From Candidatus Daviesbacteria bacterium (GTDB lineage Bacteria > Patescibacteriota > Microgenomatia > Daviesbacterales > UBA10151): a stretch of 64,000 bases of DNA. The DNA is taken from positions 84,368 to 148,367 of the forward strand of contig CP066688.1 in assembly GCA_016432425.1 (NCBI GenBank), written 5' to 3'. The notes under the pieces are model-generated. The model searched no databases. It was not told where the DNA came from and was given only the letters and a program-made list of their open reading frames with translations. Both the position numbers and the translations under genes were made by a program. Shown here one piece after another: positions 10,074 through 19,786 of this stretch. Each line of letters starts with the position of its first letter. Positions within the stretch are counted from its first letter, which is position 1.

Positions 10074-10874
10074 TTATTTAGACAATTTTTCAACACGCTC
10101 TAGAATATTTTTTTTAGGTTTAAGAAAGATTTTATTTTTTATACCGGCCCTTGTTAAAAGATAAAGAAATAAAATTTTGAATGTACCAAGTGAATAACGA
10201 ATACTATTTTTAAGTGTTGCCCCTCTTTTTTTACCAGTATAATTTGTTTCAACTGGTACTTCATCAATTTTAATGTTCCAAAAGGACGCCTGAGCAATTA
10301 ATTCAAAACTAAAAAGATAATTATTGGAATTATTTTCAAAGCTAACTTTTTCTAAAAGTTCTTTGGTATAGACTCTAAAACCTTGGTGCAAATCACCTAT
10401 TTTTGTTCCTAAAATTAGACTATCAACGGTATTCATCAAAAATATAGGAATAAACTTCCAAAAATACATTCCGCTTTTTAAGGGTTGATTAATATAAGTA
10501 AAACGATTTCCGAGAATAAATTTACTGCCATTTTTTATTTTTTCCAAAGCTAGAGGGATGGCATTTGTTTTATATTCACCGTCTGGGTGAATATCTATAA
10601 AAACATCCCCCCCTCTTTTTATCCCCAAAGCCAGAATTCTCTTTAAATTTCCTCCATACCCTAAATTAATGGGATTCTTATAAGCGTGTATCCCTAAACT
10701 TTTGGCCAACTCATATGAATGATCAAAAGAAGCATCATCAACTAAAATAATATCATCAACTAAATGCCGAGGAAAATTTTCATAAAATTTTCTTAAAGTA
10801 CGGGCGCAGTTATATGCTATAAAAATAGCCACAATTTTCTGTTTTCTTGTTTCTGTAGGTTTCATAAAATTCAA
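10074..10874 (-). CDS. GT2 family glycosyltransferase
   Basis: IVAIFIAYNCARTL...LVDDAS...DIHPDGE (GT-A fold). Confidence 0.75.
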   Translation of the reverse strand: MNFMKPTETRKQKIVAIFIAYNCARTLRKFYENFPRHLVDDIILVDDASFDHSYELAKSLGIHAYKNPINLGYGGNLKRILALGIKRGGDVFIDIHPDGEYKTNAIPLALEKIKNGSKFILGNRFTYINQPLKSGMYFWKFIPIFLMNTVDSLILGTKIGDLHQGFRVYTKELLEKVSFENNSNNYLFSFELIAQASFWNIKIDEVPVETNYTGKKRGATLKNSIRYSLGTFKILFLYLLTRAGIKNKIFLKPKKNILERVEKLSK

Positions 10875-10901
10875 TAGACTATTATAGCTACCATAAAAAT
10901 A

Positions 10902-13106
10902 TTACAAATTTCCGTGGCTATTGGGAAATAATACATTGGTATCTAAATTTATGGAATTAACTTTAACACCTCCATAGTCTACCTTGACATTTGTAGAATA
11001 AAGTTCCAAGGAAGACAATATTACTTGCGATTTAGCAGCATTATAATTCCTAAAACTAATTGTGAAATAATTGGAATTGGTTGGCACGGCACCAATCAAT
11101 TCTAATTGATGTTCTCCAGATCCCTGTAACCTCTTACTTATCCTAACTCCCACCCTATTTAAAGAGTCATTGGCATCTTCTTCATTTTCATAAAAATTAA
11201 CCGCCAAATAAGCATTTTTATCCAATTCTTCCGATTTAGTAACAATATTTGCCTTAATAACAAAACCTGACATTATATTATCTATGGGGGGAGATTCCCA
11301 CCTAATTACCTCCTCTCCTACTGCCTCCCCTCCAATCGACAAACCTTTCTCCCCTACAGGTAATTGAATATTTTTATACACACTTCCTTTGGTTGACCAA
11401 TTTTGATTGCTGTTTCGAAAATTAAAAGATGCTATTTCCTCTAAATTAGAAGCTTTATATTCAGGAATTTTAGCTATTATAAAGTCAGATTCTGGTGCTT
11501 GCCAGGGGTTTATTACTGAATAAACAGTATGCACACTTAATTCTCGCACAGCCATAGCCGCATAAGTTTGTTCTAACCTATTAACAGGTTTTTCGAAATC
11601 TTGATGTGGTTGTCCCGCTTGGGTCATCCAACCATAAAATTGGTTAGTAGCCCAATCTAAATTGGCAATAGCATAATCTGCACCGCTTGCCTTAAACTCA
11701 TCAATTGAAAAATCTTCTTCAAAATCATATAGTAATCTAGAAACAATATAATCTGGAAGAGGTACAGAAGAATGAGCAGCTACCTTACTCCCGGGGGCAA
11801 TATTTTTCCCAATCCATAAAGAAAGAATTTTGTAATTCCAAGGTTTAGTATATTCTTGAGTGACTACCAAGGAATTTGCTAAATTCTCTTTGACTGCTAA
11901 TATTAGCACTACTAAAAACACCATCAAACTCGCTTTGCTTAGATGGCTATTTATTTTAAGATCCCATAATTTTGATAAAACAAACCCAGCGAAGATTAAT
12001 AAAAATGGTATTACAGTAACAAAATTCCTAGTATAGAATCCCCCTGTAGAATAATAAGTGGTAAGATAAAAAAAGGGGATAATAATTGATAAAAGTAATA
12101 AAGATTTTTGAAAAGATTGTTTTATTCCCCAGATTAATCCCCCAATAATTAATAATGAGGTCACCGCTCCTATTCCAATGTGATAAAGGTAAGAATAAGG
12201 ATAAAGGTAAAAAACTTTCGCCCCCATTCCATATTTTAGGGAAACATTATGGATTTGATTTAAAGTTTCCTGGTATCCAGCTATATGATAAGGATTTAAT
12301 ACAACAAAAGTTAGCAGCACCAAAAAAGGTACCAATAAAACTTCCCACCTAAAAAAACAGCGTAAATGACTTTTCCAGTTTTTTTGTTGATAAGTTAAGT
12401 ATAGATGAACCAAAGCAAAAGGAGCCAGTGCAAAAAGTTGGTACTTGGTGGAAAAAGAAAAACCCACTAAAATGGCAGTCAACCAATATTTCATTTTGGT
12501 GGGCTTTTGCCAAAGGTAAACAGCAGATAAGGTTGCTGCCAGCAGAAAAAAGGCATTGTAGATATCAGGCAGACCCAGATGACTGTTTAAAACTTCCCGA
12601 TAATTAATACTAACCAAAAAAGCTGACAATAAACCAATCTGACGGTTAAATAAGGTAGCGGCTAAAAAATAAGTTAATATCACCACCCCGACACCAAAAA
12701 AAGCAGTAACATACCGGCTCCAAAACAGTGCATTAATTTCTCTGGATCCCAAAATTTCTTCCTGGAAAATTTTCTTATATTCTTTTTTCTCCAGGGGCAA
12801 TTTTATTTGCTTATTAATAATCTGATTTAAATTAGTTAAATAAAATTTAGTCCATTGAAGAGGCACAAAAAAAGTTTTATAAAATAAGGCATTAGCTAAA
12901 GGTACTACTGCCGGATAGTCATATCTTAGAGAGTCAATATTACCATTTTTTATCATGGAAGAGGCGGCCGAATAAGAAATTCCTTCATCAGGATGGTAAG
13001 GCTGATATCCGGGGTTTACCCCAGAAAAACGCAAATACACAGCCAAAACTACTATTAGTAAAAACCATCTTTGATCACTTTTAAAAAATTTAATTATTTT
13101 TGACAT
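10902..13106 (-). CDS. GT-C (PMT_2/ArnT-like) membrane glycosyltransferase with beta-rich C-terminal domain
   Basis: 734 aa. YHPDEGISYSAA loop-1 DE motif, polytopic, soluble beta-rich C-terminal domain of roughly 200 aa. Confidence 0.65.
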   Translation of the reverse strand: MSKIIKFFKSDQRWFLLIVVLAVYLRFSGVNPGYQPYHPDEGISYSAASSMIKNGNIDSLRYDYPAVVPLANALFYKTFFVPLQWTKFYLTNLNQIINKQIKLPLEKKEYKKIFQEEILGSREINALFWSRYVTAFFGVGVVILTYFLAATLFNRQIGLLSAFLVSINYREVLNSHLGLPDIYNAFFLLAATLSAVYLWQKPTKMKYWLTAILVGFSFSTKYQLFALAPFALVHLYLTYQQKNWKSHLRCFFRWEVLLVPFLVLLTFVVLNPYHIAGYQETLNQIHNVSLKYGMGAKVFYLYPYSYLYHIGIGAVTSLLIIGGLIWGIKQSFQKSLLLLSIIIPFFYLTTYYSTGGFYTRNFVTVIPFLLIFAGFVLSKLWDLKINSHLSKASLMVFLVVLILAVKENLANSLVVTQEYTKPWNYKILSLWIGKNIAPGSKVAAHSSVPLPDYIVSRLLYDFEEDFSIDEFKASGADYAIANLDWATNQFYGWMTQAGQPHQDFEKPVNRLEQTYAAMAVRELSVHTVYSVINPWQAPESDFIIAKIPEYKASNLEEIASFNFRNSNQNWSTKGSVYKNIQLPVGEKGLSIGGEAVGEEVIRWESPPIDNIMSGFVIKANIVTKSEELDKNAYLAVNFYENEEDANDSLNRVGVRISKRLQGSGEHQLELIGAVPTNSNYFTISFRNYNAAKSQVILSSLELYSTNVKVDYGGVKVNSINLDTNVLFPNSHGNL

Positions 13107-13810
13107 GCTAAAATGATATGTGAAAAAGGTTTACCAGGAGATACGGGTTTGCTGCTTACCTTAAAACCGATTTTTTTGAGTAAGGTTTGCCATTCCTGTT
13201 GAGTTCTATAAAAAATTTCCTTATTATAAAGACGCTTCTCAAAAAGAATCGGCACAATGACTACATCGGTAAACCAGGTAAATAAGTATTTTAGAAAAGG
13301 CTTTTTGCCTATTTCCGCAATAATTAGTTTACCACCCGGCTTTAAAGCTTGATAACTGCTCTTGAGAATTTCTATTTGTTGATCCCTAGAGGTCAAATGA
13401 TGCAGAAGGTGAATCATCAGAATACCATCTGCTTTTGGTATTTTTACCCTGTCGGCGCTACCGTAAATAAACTTGGTATTAGCTAATCCCTTTTTAGCTA
13501 ATTTTAATCTGTCTTTATTAATCTCCACCCCAATCAGTTGGCGGGTTGGTTCTTCAAGTGCCAGTAAATTTACCATTAATCCATCTCCACAACCTAAATC
13601 CGCAATCACTCCTTTGGAGGGGACCAAAGCGGCAATCTCTTCATAAGGAGCATCCCACAACCTGATGCTGGTAAACAACTCACTAAAACCGCCTGATTTA
13701 TAAAGTGAGGTCACTTTGGCTAATTTTCCATTTTCTTCCGGCCTACCATGTATTAAAAACAGTACTTTAAAAAAGATAGTTATCACAGTTTCTGTCACAT
13801 TTTTAATCAT
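13094..13810 (-). CDS. Class I SAM-dependent methyltransferase
   Basis: IADLGCGDG...ILMIHLLHHL...LKPGGKLIIAE. Confidence 0.8.
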   Translation of the reverse strand: MIKNVTETVITIFFKVLFLIHGRPEENGKLAKVTSLYKSGGFSELFTSIRLWDAPYEEIAALVPSKGVIADLGCGDGLMVNLLALEEPTRQLIGVEINKDRLKLAKKGLANTKFIYGSADRVKIPKADGILMIHLLHHLTSRDQQIEILKSSYQALKPGGKLIIAEIGKKPFLKYLFTWFTDVVIVPILFEKRLYNKEIFYRTQQEWQTLLKKIGFKVSSKPVSPGKPFSHIILACQK

Positions 13811-14531
13811 AGAAGCCTTTTAAATTATTAATCTTAATCTGCAGCAATTCACCCAAAGTTTTGGTGACCGCATCAAATATTTTAACCTTCGAGCCGGCAT
13901 AATGTGTCCACTTAACCGGCACTTCCTTTATTTTAAAGTTAAGTTTATCTGCAATAAATAAAACTTCCGCATCATACCCCCAACGGTTAATTTTTTGTCT
14001 GTTAAAAACCGGCTTAATTACTTCCTTAGAAAAAAGTTTAAATCCGCAGTTGGTATCTTTAACAGCCGGAAGTAATATTAATCTTAAAAGTTCATAATAA
14101 ATGTCTCCCAAAAAAGTTCTATATCTCTCCGGTAATCTGCCTAATTTTTTTTCTTTAAGCCTTCGTGAACCGATGACTATATCATGAGATTTAATATATT
14201 GAAGTAGAATTTTCAACTCCTCCATGGGAGTAGAAAGATCACAATCCGTCATTAAAACTAATTTCCCGTTTGAAGCAAGCATACCTGTTTTAACGGCCGC
14301 CCCTTTACCCATGTTTTCTTTATGACGCTTTAATACTGTACTAGGATATAAGTTTTTAAAATCATTTAACACATCCCATGTTTTATCAGTTGATCCATCA
14401 TCAACTAAAATTACCTCATATGAAGCCTTGCCTTTTTTAAGGTAAGTAATAATTTTCTCCAAATTTTTGGGTAACCTTTTCTCTTCATTAAAAACCGGTA
14501 CTACTACTGATAGATTAATTGCTTTTTTCAT
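13803..14531 (-). CDS. GT2 polyprenyl-phosphate glycosyltransferase, DPM1-like (soluble)
   Basis: LSVVVPVFNEEKRL...VILVDDGSTDKT...MTDCDLSTP. Confidence 0.8.
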   Translation of the reverse strand: MKKAINLSVVVPVFNEEKRLPKNLEKIITYLKKGKASYEVILVDDGSTDKTWDVLNDFKNLYPSTVLKRHKENMGKGAAVKTGMLASNGKLVLMTDCDLSTPMEELKILLQYIKSHDIVIGSRRLKEKKLGRLPERYRTFLGDIYYELLRLILLPAVKDTNCGFKLFSKEVIKPVFNRQKINRWGYDAEVLFIADKLNFKIKEVPVKWTHYAGSKVKIFDAVTKTLGELLQIKINNLKGFYD

Positions 14532-15205
14532 TTTTCTGTTTTTTGGGCCACTAAAAATATTTCTTTAATCTTGCCATGCTCATAGCCTAAATCATCTAAT
14601 CTTTCCAAAAAAGAATTTCTCGGTTGAGGAATTCTAAAAATAATTTTCATAATGTAAAACCAAGCAATAAAAAAACAGCTAAATAAACTACCTCTGGTAA
14701 AAATATCGAGAGCTTCAAACCTGTTTTTATCAAACATTTTGATAAGGGTACTTTGTTGATAATGACGGTGTCCAAAATACCAGGCTGGATCAAGTACTTT
14801 TGAGAAAAAATTATCATAGGGGGTAGATAACAATACTTTCCCTTTGGGTTTAAGCACCCTAAAAGCTTCTTTTAAAACTTTTGTTTCTGTACCTACTGGA
14901 ACATGTTCGATAATATCAAATAATATTACTATATCAGCTGCGTTCTCTTTTAGAGGTAAACTCAGTGCATTGCCTAATAAAAATTGCGCTCCTTGAACAT
15001 GTTTTTTAGCAAAGTTTACAGCCTTACTATCTGGTTCGATACCAATAATTTTTTTGGCTCCACTTTTAGCAAGTTCCCTTTCTAACCAGCCAAAAGAACA
15101 ACCCACGTCAACTAAAACTTTATTCCTAAGCTCCATTTTTTTTAGTAATTCTAAACAGACTCTCACTCGGCCAGTTATTGGTACTTCCAGGGGAAAAATT
15201 TTCAT
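14528..15205 (-). CDS. Class I SAM-dependent methyltransferase
   Basis: VLVDVGCSFGW...ILFDIIEHV...LKPKGKVLLSTP. Confidence 0.8.
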   Translation of the reverse strand: MKIFPLEVPITGRVRVCLELLKKMELRNKVLVDVGCSFGWLERELAKSGAKKIIGIEPDSKAVNFAKKHVQGAQFLLGNALSLPLKENAADIVILFDIIEHVPVGTETKVLKEAFRVLKPKGKVLLSTPYDNFFSKVLDPAWYFGHRHYQQSTLIKMFDKNRFEALDIFTRGSLFSCFFIAWFYIMKIIFRIPQPRNSFLERLDDLGYEHGKIKEIFLVAQKTEK

Positions 15206-16224
15206 TTGAAATTTGCCTCCACCTTGCCAAAATGAACCACCATGGCTTTTAGATCAAACGGCTTCATAATTATTTCAAAAATTTTTTTATCTGTTACTCT
15301 TCTCAACTTTTGCACTTTAGCTCTTTTTTGCAATGTTTGATTTAAATTTAAAATATTCCAAAAAATAGCTTGATATACCATCATTCCTTGTCTTATTCTC
15401 ATCCTCAAAAGATAATATAAACTAAGTCCCAACAAAAGAAAAAGATGAAAACCGCCTATTAAAAATAAATTTTTCATTTCAAAGTTTTTTATCATTGATA
15501 GTAACCGGTTTTTTAAAGAGTGATAAAAAACAAATACCTGGTCTTGTTTTTTTGAGGTAAATCCTACTTTGTGATAAATAAATGTTTCAGGGTAATATAA
15601 AACTTGATATCCTAAAAGCCAAACTCTCCAGCAAAAATCGCTCTCTTCAAAATAAGATCCGAAGCTATTATCAAATAAACCAATTTTTTCGATGATATCT
15701 TTTTTGATTAACATACAAGCCCCCTTTGCAGAAAAAATCAGTCGTTCACTATCGAATTCAATGCCGTCCTTTTCCATAAATCCCCAATGCTCTAAAAAAC
15801 CAGTTCTGGTAAGAAAAGATCCAGCATTATCTAAAAGTTCTGGCTTATCCATAATTTTTATTTTTGGCTGAACTACACCAATTTTTGCCTCGGAGTTAAT
15901 TCTCCTGGCTAAAACTGTTAGTAAATTAGGGCTAACTTTAGTATCATTATTAAGAAGTAATATTAATTCTCCTTGAGCAAATTTTAGCCCTACATTATTC
16001 CCTCCTGCAAAACCTAGATTACTGTCATTTTTGACTATTTTTAATTTTGAGATTTTTGATTTATATTTATCTAAAATTTCCAGGCTTTTATCAACTGAAG
16101 CATTATCAACAAATACTAGTTCCCAATTTTTGTAGTCCAGCTGAGTTAAACTTCTAAGACAATCATCAAGAATTTTTTCTCCATTCCAGTTAACAATGAT
16201 TATAGAAACAAGCGGGTTATTCAA
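15202..16224 (-). CDS. GT2 family glycosyltransferase with C-terminal TM
   Basis: VSIIIVNWNGEKIL...FVDNAS...LLLNNDT. Confidence 0.8.
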   Translation of the reverse strand: MNNPLVSIIIVNWNGEKILDDCLRSLTQLDYKNWELVFVDNASVDKSLEILDKYKSKISKLKIVKNDSNLGFAGGNNVGLKFAQGELILLLNNDTKVSPNLLTVLARRINSEAKIGVVQPKIKIMDKPELLDNAGSFLTRTGFLEHWGFMEKDGIEFDSERLIFSAKGACMLIKKDIIEKIGLFDNSFGSYFEESDFCWRVWLLGYQVLYYPETFIYHKVGFTSKKQDQVFVFYHSLKNRLLSMIKNFEMKNLFLIGGFHLFLLLGLSLYYLLRMRIRQGMMVYQAIFWNILNLNQTLQKRAKVQKLRRVTDKKIFEIIMKPFDLKAMVVHFGKVEANFK

Positions 16225-17056
16225 TTTTTAAACTACCTTTCAAATATCCAATGCCACCTCCGATAAACTCTACCGAAAGCATGACCAACATTCCCAAGGA
16301 AACTACTGGATCTGTTAGCAGCATGCGCCAGTTTTTATAGAAAGCTGGTCTTAAAAAATATATTGTCGTTGGACTAATGATGGAAATTTTATGTTTGGTC
16401 AAATATTTACTGGCTGATAAACCATAATACATTTTTTTTCTAAATAAAGTAGAAAGCGAAAGTTCTCCCTCATTATGATTAATAAAACTTTTAATCCGAC
16501 CGATGGTGTAAGTTTTTCTAATCCGTTGCGGCAAATCCCAATCTTCCGGTCCGGTCAAGTTCTCATCATACCCCTTAAAACTCATAAAAATCTTTTTGGG
16601 AAAAAATCTGGCTGACTCAAAAAATCCTTCTCCTCTGTTTATTTCTCGTTCTAAAATTTTAGCTTTGGCCCATAAACCCTGACCAAATGATCTTTCTGGT
16701 ACCACCAATCCTCCCAATTTATTGTTATCTCTTTCAAATGTTTCTACGCAATCTTTTACCACATTATTTGTTAAAACCATATCCGAATCAAGAAACAGTA
16801 AATATTTCCCCCGGGACTTTTGAGCACCAAAATTCCGTTGGGCTGAACGCTCTGGCCCTTTTTGAAAAACAAGACTTGTATATTTCCTCGCAATATCTGC
16901 TGTTTTATCAGTGGAGCGATTATCTACCACAACTGTTTCAATATTTTTATAATTTTGTTCTTTAACACTTTTTAAAAGTGGGTCCATCGTAGGGGCAGAA
17001 TTTTTAGTGGTAATAATGACTGAGACCAGCGGTTTAGTATTCATAGTAAGTTTCAT
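16217..17056 (-). CDS. GT2 family glycosyltransferase
   Basis: VSVIITTKNSAPTM...VVVDNRSTDKT...FLDSDM. Confidence 0.75.
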   Translation of the reverse strand: MKLTMNTKPLVSVIITTKNSAPTMDPLLKSVKEQNYKNIETVVVDNRSTDKTADIARKYTSLVFQKGPERSAQRNFGAQKSRGKYLLFLDSDMVLTNNVVKDCVETFERDNNKLGGLVVPERSFGQGLWAKAKILEREINRGEGFFESARFFPKKIFMSFKGYDENLTGPEDWDLPQRIRKTYTIGRIKSFINHNEGELSLSTLFRKKMYYGLSASKYLTKHKISIISPTTIYFLRPAFYKNWRMLLTDPVVSLGMLVMLSVEFIGGGIGYLKGSLKIE

Positions 17057-17102
17057 CCATTTTTCTGTTTTTTATGATATGATACAATCGTGAATTAAGT
17101 CA
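17057..17102. promoter_or_regulatory. Divergent promoter region with TATAAT-like elements (tatgatatgatacaat)
   Basis: The only non-coding gap between the minus operon ending at 17056 and the plus operon starting at 17103. AT-rich with -10-like hexamers. Confidence 0.25.
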
Positions 17103-18041
17103 ATGAATAATATGTTATCTTTTGTCATACCGGCGAAAAATGAACAGGATTCGCTAATACAATTATATCAAGAAATCTGTCTCACAGTAGCAACACTTAA
17201 AAGACCATTTGAAATTGTGTTCGTGGATGACGGTTCAACAGACGAAACTTTTCAGATCTTAAAATCACTACATGATAAAGATAAAAGAGTTAAAGTAGTA
17301 AAGTTAAGAGGTAATTGGGGGAAATCAATAGCGCTCCAAATAGGCTTTGGTAAAACCAAAGGTGATATTATTTTTACTCTGGATGGAGACTTGCAAGATA
17401 ATCCTCATACCATACCGGCATTTTTAAAAAAATTGGACGAAGGTTACGATCTGGTTTCGGGATGGAAGAAAAATAGACATGATCCCTCGCTCACTAAAGT
17501 CCTACCTTCAAGAATAGTTAATTCCTTGTCCAGAAGATTAACTGGAGTAAAAATTCACGATATTAATTGCGGATTTAAAGCTTACCGAAGAGAGGTAATT
17601 GAAAATTTAAACCTTTACGGAGAATTGTATCGTTTCATACCAATTATAGCTGCTAAACAAAATTACAAAGTAGGAGAAATTATTGTTGACCACAGACCCA
17701 GGATATATGGTAAAACTAAATTTGGCTGGAGCCGAGGAATCAAAGGAATTTTAGATCTTTTAACCATCGTCTTTTTAACAGGATTTAAAAATAGACCAGG
17801 TCATTTTTTTGGTTCGGCTGGTCTGATGTCATTTTCAGCTGGGTTTATAATAGGGGTGTATATTGCTTATCTGCGTCTTACTACAGGTAGTATTCAAAAT
17901 CGCCACCCTTTACTTTTTCTCGGGATGCTCTTAATGATTATTGGTGTTCAACTTATCTCTACTGGCCTTTTGGCAGAGATGATAATTTTTTCCAGGGAGA
18001 AATCAGATTATACTTTCTCTATTAAGGAATATTTAGCGTGA
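17103..18041 (+). CDS. Polyprenyl-phosphate sugar synthase, GtrB/ArnC/DPM1-like. GT2 catalytic domain plus two C-terminal TM helices.
   Basis: SFVIPAKNEQDSL...VFVDDGSTDET...LDGDLQD, followed by a C-terminal pair of TM helices as in GtrB/ArnC. Confidence 0.8.
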   Translation: MNNMLSFVIPAKNEQDSLIQLYQEICLTVATLKRPFEIVFVDDGSTDETFQILKSLHDKDKRVKVVKLRGNWGKSIALQIGFGKTKGDIIFTLDGDLQDNPHTIPAFLKKLDEGYDLVSGWKKNRHDPSLTKVLPSRIVNSLSRRLTGVKIHDINCGFKAYRREVIENLNLYGELYRFIPIIAAKQNYKVGEIIVDHRPRIYGKTKFGWSRGIKGILDLLTIVFLTGFKNRPGHFFGSAGLMSFSAGFIIGVYIAYLRLTTGSIQNRHPLLFLGMLLMIIGVQLISTGLLAEMIIFSREKSDYTFSIKEYLA

Positions 18042-18964
18042 AAAAAATATCCGTAGTCATTCCCTGCTTTAATGAGGTTGAAAACATACCACTTTTAATT
18101 CCTGAAATTATCAAAAATATGCCTCAAAAATATGACTGGGAAATTATTTTTTCCGATGGGGGATCTAAAGATGGCACTTGGTTAGTAATAGAAAAATTTG
18201 CCAGATCAAATAAAAAAATTAAAGGAATTTTGCCTCATAAAGGATTCGGCTATCAAGCCGATCTAAGAACGGGCTTAAGTAAAGCTACGGGTGATGCCGT
18301 CATCACTATGGATGCTGATTTCCAACACCCTCCAGAATTTATTCCCGAGTTAATCTCTTATTGGGAGAAAGGACATGATTTGGTAATGCCTCAAAAGAAA
18401 GAGGACAAATCACTTAATCCCATAAGTAGGATGCTTCGGAAAATTGCTTATCAGGTTTGGGCTTTATCCAGTAGTAAGGGATTAATACCAGGGGTGTCGG
18501 ATTTTCGGCTACTGGATAAAAAAATTTTAGAATATATTCTAAACTCCCAGGAGAATGAGGTTTTTATTAGAGGATTAGTTATGTTAGCTGCTAATAATCC
18601 AATTTTAATACCTTATAAAGTAGGGGAAAGAAAATACGGAAGATCTGCTTTCAATATGTTTAAACTAATCAATATATTTATTATCGGTCTAATTTCATTT
18701 AGCATTGTGCCGCTTCGTATAGCTTGGCTATTTGGATTATTTATTGCCTTTACTGCATCAATTTTTCTAACAGTCGATATTTTACATACTTTAATTATCG
18801 GCAGAAGTATTGTACCGGGGTGGGTAACAGTTATAACCTTGATACTGATTTTGAACGGTTTTATTATTTTTTATATGGGAATTCTAGGAGAATATATCGG
18901 GGTTATATTTAAAGAAGTCAAAAAACGACCCACCTATTTAATTGAAAAAACTGTCAATATTTGA
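18038..18964 (+). CDS. Polyprenyl-phosphate sugar synthase, GtrB/ArnC-like, second tandem copy
   Basis: SVVIPCFNEVENI...FSDGGSKDGT...MDADFQHPP, plus C-terminal TM helices. ATGA overlap with the upstream paralog. Confidence 0.8.
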   Translation: MKKISVVIPCFNEVENIPLLIPEIIKNMPQKYDWEIIFSDGGSKDGTWLVIEKFARSNKKIKGILPHKGFGYQADLRTGLSKATGDAVITMDADFQHPPEFIPELISYWEKGHDLVMPQKKEDKSLNPISRMLRKIAYQVWALSSSKGLIPGVSDFRLLDKKILEYILNSQENEVFIRGLVMLAANNPILIPYKVGERKYGRSAFNMFKLINIFIIGLISFSIVPLRIAWLFGLFIAFTASIFLTVDILHTLIIGRSIVPGWVTVITLILILNGFIIFYMGILGEYIGVIFKEVKKRPTYLIEKTVNI

Positions 18965-19786
18965 ATGAAACTCCTGATTAAGTGTCCGATTTGCCAAACT
19001 AATAGCTGGCAAAAATATTCCCTTAAATTAGTTATTTGCAACAACTGCAGTTTTATTAGAGCCAAAGATACATATTTTAGAGTTAATGCCATCAAACTGT
19101 ATGGACAAGAATATTTTAATGAATCTGATTATGGGGATTATGCTCAAGAAGAAGAGGCCTTGGTAAAAAATTTTACTGACAGAGTCCGCAGAATCAGACA
19201 GTATAAAAAAAGCGGTAAGTTATTGGAAATAGGCTGTGCCTACGGTTATTTTTTAAAATTGGCCCAAAAATATTATCAATGCAGCGGTATTGATTTAAAT
19301 CCCGAAGTAACAAAGATTGCCCAAAAAACAACTAAGGCCAAAATTATAACCGGTGATTTTTTAAACTTAAACATACCAAAAAATTCTTTCGATATTGTTT
19401 GCATGTTTGACACCATCGAACATCTAAAATACCCTGCTCAGTACTTATCTAAAATCAGTCAAATACTAAAACCAAATGGAATTGTAGTTGTGGAAACTGG
19501 GGATATTGGCAGTTTCTTGGCTAAAATACAAGGCAATGGATGGAGGTTAATTACTCCCCCATTTCATCTGCAATATTTCAGCCAAAAAACATTAACTAGG
19601 TTATTTGAAAATTCTCAACTTTCAGTTATCGATGTTAATCGTGTTAGTTTCTACAGAAGCATCCGCCAGATCATTTATAAGTTAGCAAACAATAAACATG
19701 TTTTAGACTCCTCCCATCCGCTCTTATCCAAAACAATTCCTATTAATACTTATGACCTGTTATTTGTTGTTGCCCAAAAAAATTAA
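18965..19786 (+). CDS. Class I SAM-dependent methyltransferase with N-terminal Zn-ribbon
   Basis: CPICQT...CNNCSF, then LLEIGCAYGYF...DIVCMFDTIEHL...LKPNGIVVVE. Confidence 0.75.
   Translation: MKLLIKCPICQTNSWQKYSLKLVICNNCSFIRAKDTYFRVNAIKLYGQEYFNESDYGDYAQEEEALVKNFTDRVRRIRQYKKSGKLLEIGCAYGYFLKLAQKYYQCSGIDLNPEVTKIAQKTTKAKIITGDFLNLNIPKNSFDIVCMFDTIEHLKYPAQYLSKISQILKPNGIVVVETGDIGSFLAKIQGNGWRLITPPFHLQYFSQKTLTRLFENSQLSVIDVNRVSFYRSIRQIIYKLANNKHVLDSSHPLLSKTIPINTYDLLFVVAQKN

Noticed and set aside
12155-12352. 65-aa plus ORF
   Set aside because: Antisense inside 10902..13106.
16687-16965. 92-aa plus ORF
   Set aside because: Antisense inside the GT2 gene 16217..17056.
18724-18912. 62-aa plus ORF
   Set aside because: Alternate frame inside the GtrB-like gene 18038..18964.
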